DNA of 44,133 nt from an uncultured Candidatus Bathyarchaeia archaeon (GTDB lineage: Archaea; Thermoproteota; Bathyarchaeia; 40CM-2-53-6; JALHTG01). The notes under the pieces were generated by a model. The model was not told the origin of the DNA. It saw nothing but the letters and a program-made list of their open reading frames with translations, and made no database searches. Positions 43,661 through 44,133 of this stretch are shown here, in pieces (position 1 is the first letter of the stretch; every line of letters starts with the position of its first letter). The stretch is from contig CAZGZF010000001.1 in NCBI GenBank assembly GCA_964529995.1, positions 1 to 44,133 on the forward strand, written 5' to 3'. The position numbers and the translations under genes were made by a program.

Positions 43661-44133
43661 AGATGGTAAGACTGTCTTACTGAGCTTTAAGCATAGCGAC
43701 AACGTCGAGTAAGTTGGTTCGCCTTGCGGAGAAGGGATCATTCGAAGGCGCAGGGCTGTCCCGAAATTAGTGTGTTTGTGCTGTTTTCCGGTTTCGCGGC
43801 CGTAGGCGACCGGTGGGTGTCTCGGCGAAAGGGTCAATTTTGGCTCCATCTGTCCTCTGGAAGGTTGGAATGAAGCAACCCCTATCTCCGCTTGCCCCCC
43901 ATCATGTGCACAAAATGGTGTTAAACCGCCGAATAACGGGCCAAGCCCCCGCGTTTCAAGCGCGGCAGAATGGTGGACCGGGCGTACACTGAACCACACG
44001 TGCAGATCACCGAACTCACTAATCGAAGTTCATGCTCGCCTAACGCTGTATTAGTCTACAACCCGTCACTACGTACCGTGCCGGGTCATCACCAGTCTAG
44101 TATGAGATTCAGTCGTGCTGAATCTAGATTCGA

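Noticed and set aside
43949-43965. Plus-strand reading of the hairpin loop TTTCAAG as a UCA (selenocysteine/opal-suppressor) anticodon loop.
   Set aside because: There is no 9/4 or 8/5 acceptor/T architecture, long variable arm or acceptor stem around it. It is the same hairpin discussed above, and a tRNA-Sec call is not supportable.
42922-43984. 10-nt direct repeat GGACCGGGCG (42922-42931 and 43975-43984) flanking the toxin-antitoxin cassette, considered as possible insertion-site duplication.
   Set aside because: Hundreds of 10-mer coincidences are expected by chance in 44 kb. No longer flanking similarity and no integrase or transposase are present.
1-44133. Search for CRISPR arrays, IS elements, integrases, rRNA, long tandem repeats or defence-system genes.
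   Set aside because: None seen. The only repeats are short intragenic ones (coiled-coil gene, propeller and B-repeat protein repeats) and the 12-nt pair at 28807/28840.

Overview
This 44.1-kb window is an archaeal chromosomal segment of about 50% GC. It is densely coded with about 44 protein genes and one tRNA. I found no rRNA, CRISPR array, transposase or integrase. The archaeal assignment rests on these markers:
- an archaeal-type S-adenosylmethionine synthetase
- an SMC-ScpA-ScpB operon
- ABCE1
- a TsaC/Sua5-Kae1 pair
- the Sm-L37e gene pair
- a GPN-loop GTPase and UPP synthase

The lineage cannot be fixed from sequence alone. The number of secreted and cytosolic peptidases suggests a peptide-degrading, uncultivated archaeon.

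Most of the window is housekeeping. The least ordinary part is a four-gene, same-strand surface-protein block at 9564-17392. It encodes:
- a seven-repeat beta-propeller protein
- two adjacent giant secreted paralogs that share an InlB-B-repeat-like array and an unusual C-terminal four-helix membrane module; one of them carries an M6 metalloprotease and CARDB head
- a small protein with a PEF-CTERM-like sorting signal

Other points worth a second look:
- The SMC Walker-A N-terminus has no canonical in-frame start codon.
- An HTH+CBS regulator sits divergent from the SAM synthetase gene across an 18-nt palindrome.
- A NitT/TauT ABC transporter is packed tightly against the t6A genes.
- An overlapping S-component-like/DUF4430/wHTH operon.
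- A truncated asparaginase remnant lies next to a purine-rich acidic mini-ORF.
- A RelE/AbrB toxin-antitoxin pair is followed by about 470 nt of structured non-coding DNA at the window edge.
- TTG start codons are unusually frequent.

All family assignments come from motif recognition by eye. No database search was run.
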